DNA from: Oceanispirochaeta sp.
GTDB taxonomy: Bacteria; Spirochaetota; Spirochaetia; DSM-2461
Length of the DNA stretch: 64,000 bases
Assembly (NCBI GenBank): GCA_963663385.2
Contig: CAXXXD010000004.1
Location: 1,135,761-1,199,760 of the forward strand
Direction: 5' to 3'
Below are positions 61,078-64,000 of this stretch, piece by piece. The position numbers and the translations under genes were made by a program. Numbering within the stretch: position 1 is the stretch's first letter; each line of letters begins with the position of its first letter. The notes under the pieces were generated by a model that was not told the DNA's origin, ran no database searches, and saw nothing but the letters and a program-made list of their open reading frames with translations.

Positions 61078-61188
61078 GCATAACAATGATTTGAAATTGT
61101 AAGGCAGGCTGATCATATTCTGTGCTGTCTGCTACGCAGGCACAGAATACGCCAGCTAGACAGCTCACAATATAAAACGGCGTTATGC
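61078..61188 (+). other. attC site (111 bp), intact
   Basis: GCATAAC AATGA TTTGAAATTGT...ACAATATAAA ACGGC GTTATGC; inner stem TATTCTGTGC/GCACAGAATA. Confidence 0.85.
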
Positions 61189-61257
61189 TTCAAAATATAT
61201 ACGATACAAACATATATAAAAGTTGATATCTAAAGAATATAGTTATACAATAGTATT

Positions 61258-61670
61258 ATGGAAGAACTATTATACCAATATAATCCCTGGTGGGAAGAAG
61301 AATACAATGCTGATGATCTAATTCCAAGAACCAATTATTTCACAAAGCTCAAATCATCATTGGAAAACCGATCAATTATATTCTTAACAGGGTTACGTCG
61401 AGTAGGCAAAACATCATTGATGAAACTACTAATTTCTTACTTGATAGAAAATAAGACAAAATCATCACATATATTGTACATCAGCTTAGATGACTACACA
61501 CTCCGAGATAAATTGCTTGAAGACATTCTGATTGAATACCGAAGAATACATAAATTATCACTATCAGAACAAATATACATTTTCTTCGATGAGGTGACTT
61601 ACAAAGAAGATTATCAACAACAGCTCAAAAATATTTACGATAAACAGACTGTTAAAATTTACGCTACTTC
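61258..61670 (+). pseudogene. AAA+ ATPase (COG1373-like), gene cassette interrupted by IS66
   Basis: YNPWW, GLRRVGKT, FFDEV; reading frame runs into the IS66 end at 61671. Confidence 0.85.
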
Positions 61671-61717
61671 GTAAGCGGTAATTCTTCCCACATTGACAGC
61701 ATTTTAGGACTGATGGA

Positions 61718-63280
61718 TCAGATTGCAATATCTTCAGCAGTTAAATTATAGGGAAGTAATTTTTCATAATCACTCTGTTTTTCACAGCAGGGCAATTCCC
61801 GGAAGATAAAGTACAAGTAAGCATAAACTGGAAGATTGTTCATCTTCGCAGATTCAACGAGACTGTACAGAATTGCCGATGATTCAGCACCTTTCGGGCT
61901 TCCGGCAAAAAGCCAGTTTTTTCTCCCGATTACGAAGGGTCTGATTGCATTTTCAGCGCTATTGTTCGAAGGAGTCAAAACAGGATTTTTCAGATATAGA
62001 ACCAACTGCTCCCAGTTGCTCAATGTATACTTCATCGCCTTACCGAACTCTAAAGAAGGAGGTACTTGAGGATAAAGCTTCGTCAGTTTTTTCTGTAACT
62101 TATCTAGTATCGGTTCTGCTCTATTTTGTCGCTGTTTATGAAACCCTTTTAGCGAATAATTATCCCGTAATGATTCCAGTTCAAACAGATCCTTTATCAG
62201 GTCGAGAATTTGCTTTGCTTCTGCATCTTTTTTCTTGGTTGATTCCCAATATTGGAAGAACTTTCTTCTGGCATGGGCCCAGCATAAGACATGCTTTATA
62301 TCTCCATCAACTTTTTTTCGGGCAGTATGGTAGGCCTCAAAATCATCAGTTTGAACCCAGCCAGAGTAATTTTCCAAGAAATCCAACGGAATTGCATGGG
62401 ATCGGCCTTGCTCATACTGAAATATGACACATTTTTTATCGGGATCTCCTCTGAGAAAGACCCACATCCATGATTTATCTGAAGCTTTTCGTTTCGGTTC
62501 CTTTAGAACCTGAACTCTCGTCTCATCGGCATTAATAATGGAACCGGATTTAATGTTTTCTTTCAGCAAATCATATAGAGGCTTACATGCCGTTGCCGAT
62601 TTTATCGTAAGATTGCTCAATGTCGCCCGGGGGATCGGTATGCCTATCTGGTTTAACCGTTTTGATTGCCTGTAGAAAGGAAGAGCGAACTCAAACTTTT
62701 CGCTTATACTCCAAGCGAGCAGGCTTTCATCGGCAATACTGCCCGCGACCAGATGCTTTGCTCCTTCTGCGGTCTGTACAGCAGCTTCATCAAGAGTCGT
62801 CCCTTCACAATTCTTGCAGGAGTACTTTTTTCTACGTTCCTGAATAACAACGACTTTTGACGGAATAATTTTTGCTCTCTCGGAAACATCTTCACCGATA
62901 CAGGTCTTTTCTGTTCCGCAGGCACAGATCTTATCTTTATCCGGAATATCATATTCCACGATCTCTCTCGGCAGATCTGCCGGCAGAGGTTTCCGGCCGG
63001 ATTTTTTAATATTTTTCTTGTAGGAACCGACCTCAACCGTTTCAATAACATTTTTCTCCTGCTCTTCATCATTCTGAGCAAAAGCACTATCTTCCGCTTC
63101 ATTGAAGAGAGAAGCTTGTTTCTTATCTTCGGCAGTTATCTTCTCTGATTTTGTTCCAAAGTGCAGGAGGTTCAGTTTTGCTACTTGCTCCTGGAGAATG
63201 GCATTAAGTCTTTTCAGTTCAGCAATTTCTATTTTTTGTGCATCAAGTTGTTCTCTTAAATGCTGTTCTTCATTCTCCAT
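61718..63280 (-). CDS. tnpC: IS66 transposase TnpC
   Basis: Same protein as 47103-48665. Confidence 0.95.
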   Translation of the reverse strand: MENEEQHLREQLDAQKIEIAELKRLNAILQEQVAKLNLLHFGTKSEKITAEDKKQASLFNEAEDSAFAQNDEEQEKNVIETVEVGSYKKNIKKSGRKPLPADLPREIVEYDIPDKDKICACGTEKTCIGEDVSERAKIIPSKVVVIQERRKKYSCKNCEGTTLDEAAVQTAEGAKHLVAGSIADESLLAWSISEKFEFALPFYRQSKRLNQIGIPIPRATLSNLTIKSATACKPLYDLLKENIKSGSIINADETRVQVLKEPKRKASDKSWMWVFLRGDPDKKCVIFQYEQGRSHAIPLDFLENYSGWVQTDDFEAYHTARKKVDGDIKHVLCWAHARRKFFQYWESTKKKDAEAKQILDLIKDLFELESLRDNYSLKGFHKQRQNRAEPILDKLQKKLTKLYPQVPPSLEFGKAMKYTLSNWEQLVLYLKNPVLTPSNNSAENAIRPFVIGRKNWLFAGSPKGAESSAILYSLVESAKMNNLPVYAYLYFIFRELPCCEKQSDYEKLLPYNLTAEDIAI

Positions 63281-63319
63281 ACGGGGAATTCTATCAAAGT
63301 TTCTATAATTATAAAATCT

Positions 63320-63664
63320 CTAAATACGGGAATATGATAATTTTTTATGCGCTTTGAAAAAGTCTATTCCCGTCAGGAGCATTTTCAATTCATCCATGCT
63401 GATCTCTTTAGCATCTTCATCTGTTTCCGGCCAGGGATATCTGTTCTCTTCCAGTCTCTTCTGCCAGAGACAAAAACCGGTATTATCCCAGTAGACAATT
63501 TTCAGAAGTTTTCTCTGCCGGTTACAAAAGAGGAATAGCGATTTGGCGAATAAATCATGATTCATTTCATTCTGGATAAACAGAGATAATCCGTTGATCG
63601 CTTTTCTTAAGTCTGTCGTGCCGGGTCTCAGAAAGATCCGGTATTCGTTCAGGTCAACAAACAT
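63320..63664 (-). CDS. tnpB: IS66 accessory protein TnpB
   Basis: Same protein as 48705-49049. Confidence 0.95.
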   Translation of the reverse strand: MFVDLNEYRIFLRPGTTDLRKAINGLSLFIQNEMNHDLFAKSLFLFCNRQRKLLKIVYWDNTGFCLWQKRLEENRYPWPETDEDAKEISMDELKMLLTGIDFFKAHKKLSYSRI

Positions 63665-63960
63665 TACAACTCTCTCAGAATCTTCAGAAGATCTATCAGG
63701 GATTGCCTGTTATAACCTGATGCCAGATCCAATGAGAAATCCTTGTATCTGAGTATCATTGTGGGGTTTTGTGGCTGTAATACCGGGGCTTTCTGTTTGA
63801 TTTCAATAAAACTGCTTTTCTTTAATTTTTTTCGATTCTTGTAGAAAGATGTATAGTGAACTCCTTTATCTGCGCAGAACTCAGAAATTGTTTTCCCGCT
63901 CTGTTTTTGTTCTTCGATTAATTCAGGCCAATTCCAGTTGGTCATATTAGGTTCCTCCAT
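63664..63960 (-). CDS. tnpA: IS66 accessory protein TnpA
   Basis: Same protein as 49049-49345. Confidence 0.85.
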   Translation of the reverse strand: MEEPNMTNWNWPELIEEQKQSGKTISEFCADKGVHYTSFYKNRKKLKKSSFIEIKQKAPVLQPQNPTMILRYKDFSLDLASGYNRQSLIDLLKILREL

Positions 63961-64000
63961 GATTTTTCATGGAGTATATAATCATTTCGAAATCACGCAA

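Larger units (their letters stand above)
61671..64000 (-). mobile_element. IS66-family element, copy 2 (runs past the window end)
   Basis: Starts GTAAGCGGTAATTCT; proteins identical to copy 1. Confidence 0.95.

Noticed and set aside
1..64000. CRISPR array, tRNA or rRNA genes
   Set aside because: No regularly spaced direct repeats, cas genes or recognisable structural RNA genes seen by eye

Overview
Bacterial chromosome segment, probably a free-living spirochaete (inferred from gene content and style, not proven). 1-41.5 kb is mostly housekeeping and metabolic: MCP end, three AIM24 paralogues, a RelBE-type toxin-antitoxin pair, an orphan RHS toxin tip with a candidate immunity gene and a 59-bp attC-like site, URO-D/AraC, a hybrid kinase, a LacI-controlled polyol/rare-ketose cluster with a D-psicose/D-tagatose 3-epimerase, a class III cyclase, two convergent ribose-type ABC operons, MarR-MATE, and an FMN riboswitch with ribD-ribE-ribBA-ribH. 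From ~41.87 kb to the end lies an integron-type cassette array with no integrase gene in the window, heavily masked by mobile elements. Cassettes: MBL-fold hydrolase, an ORF-less cassette, a Hachiman (HamAB) anti-phage cassette, a COG3044 ABC-class ATPase, an AAA-DUF234 ATPase-nuclease, and an IS66-truncated AAA ATPase. One attC is split at R'' by a group IIC-attC intron and at R' by an IS1182. A second IS1182 copy sits at the identical GTT position of a related attC. An IS3 element carrying nested IS66 and IS21 fills the empty cassette. All family assignments come from motif recognition; no database search was run.
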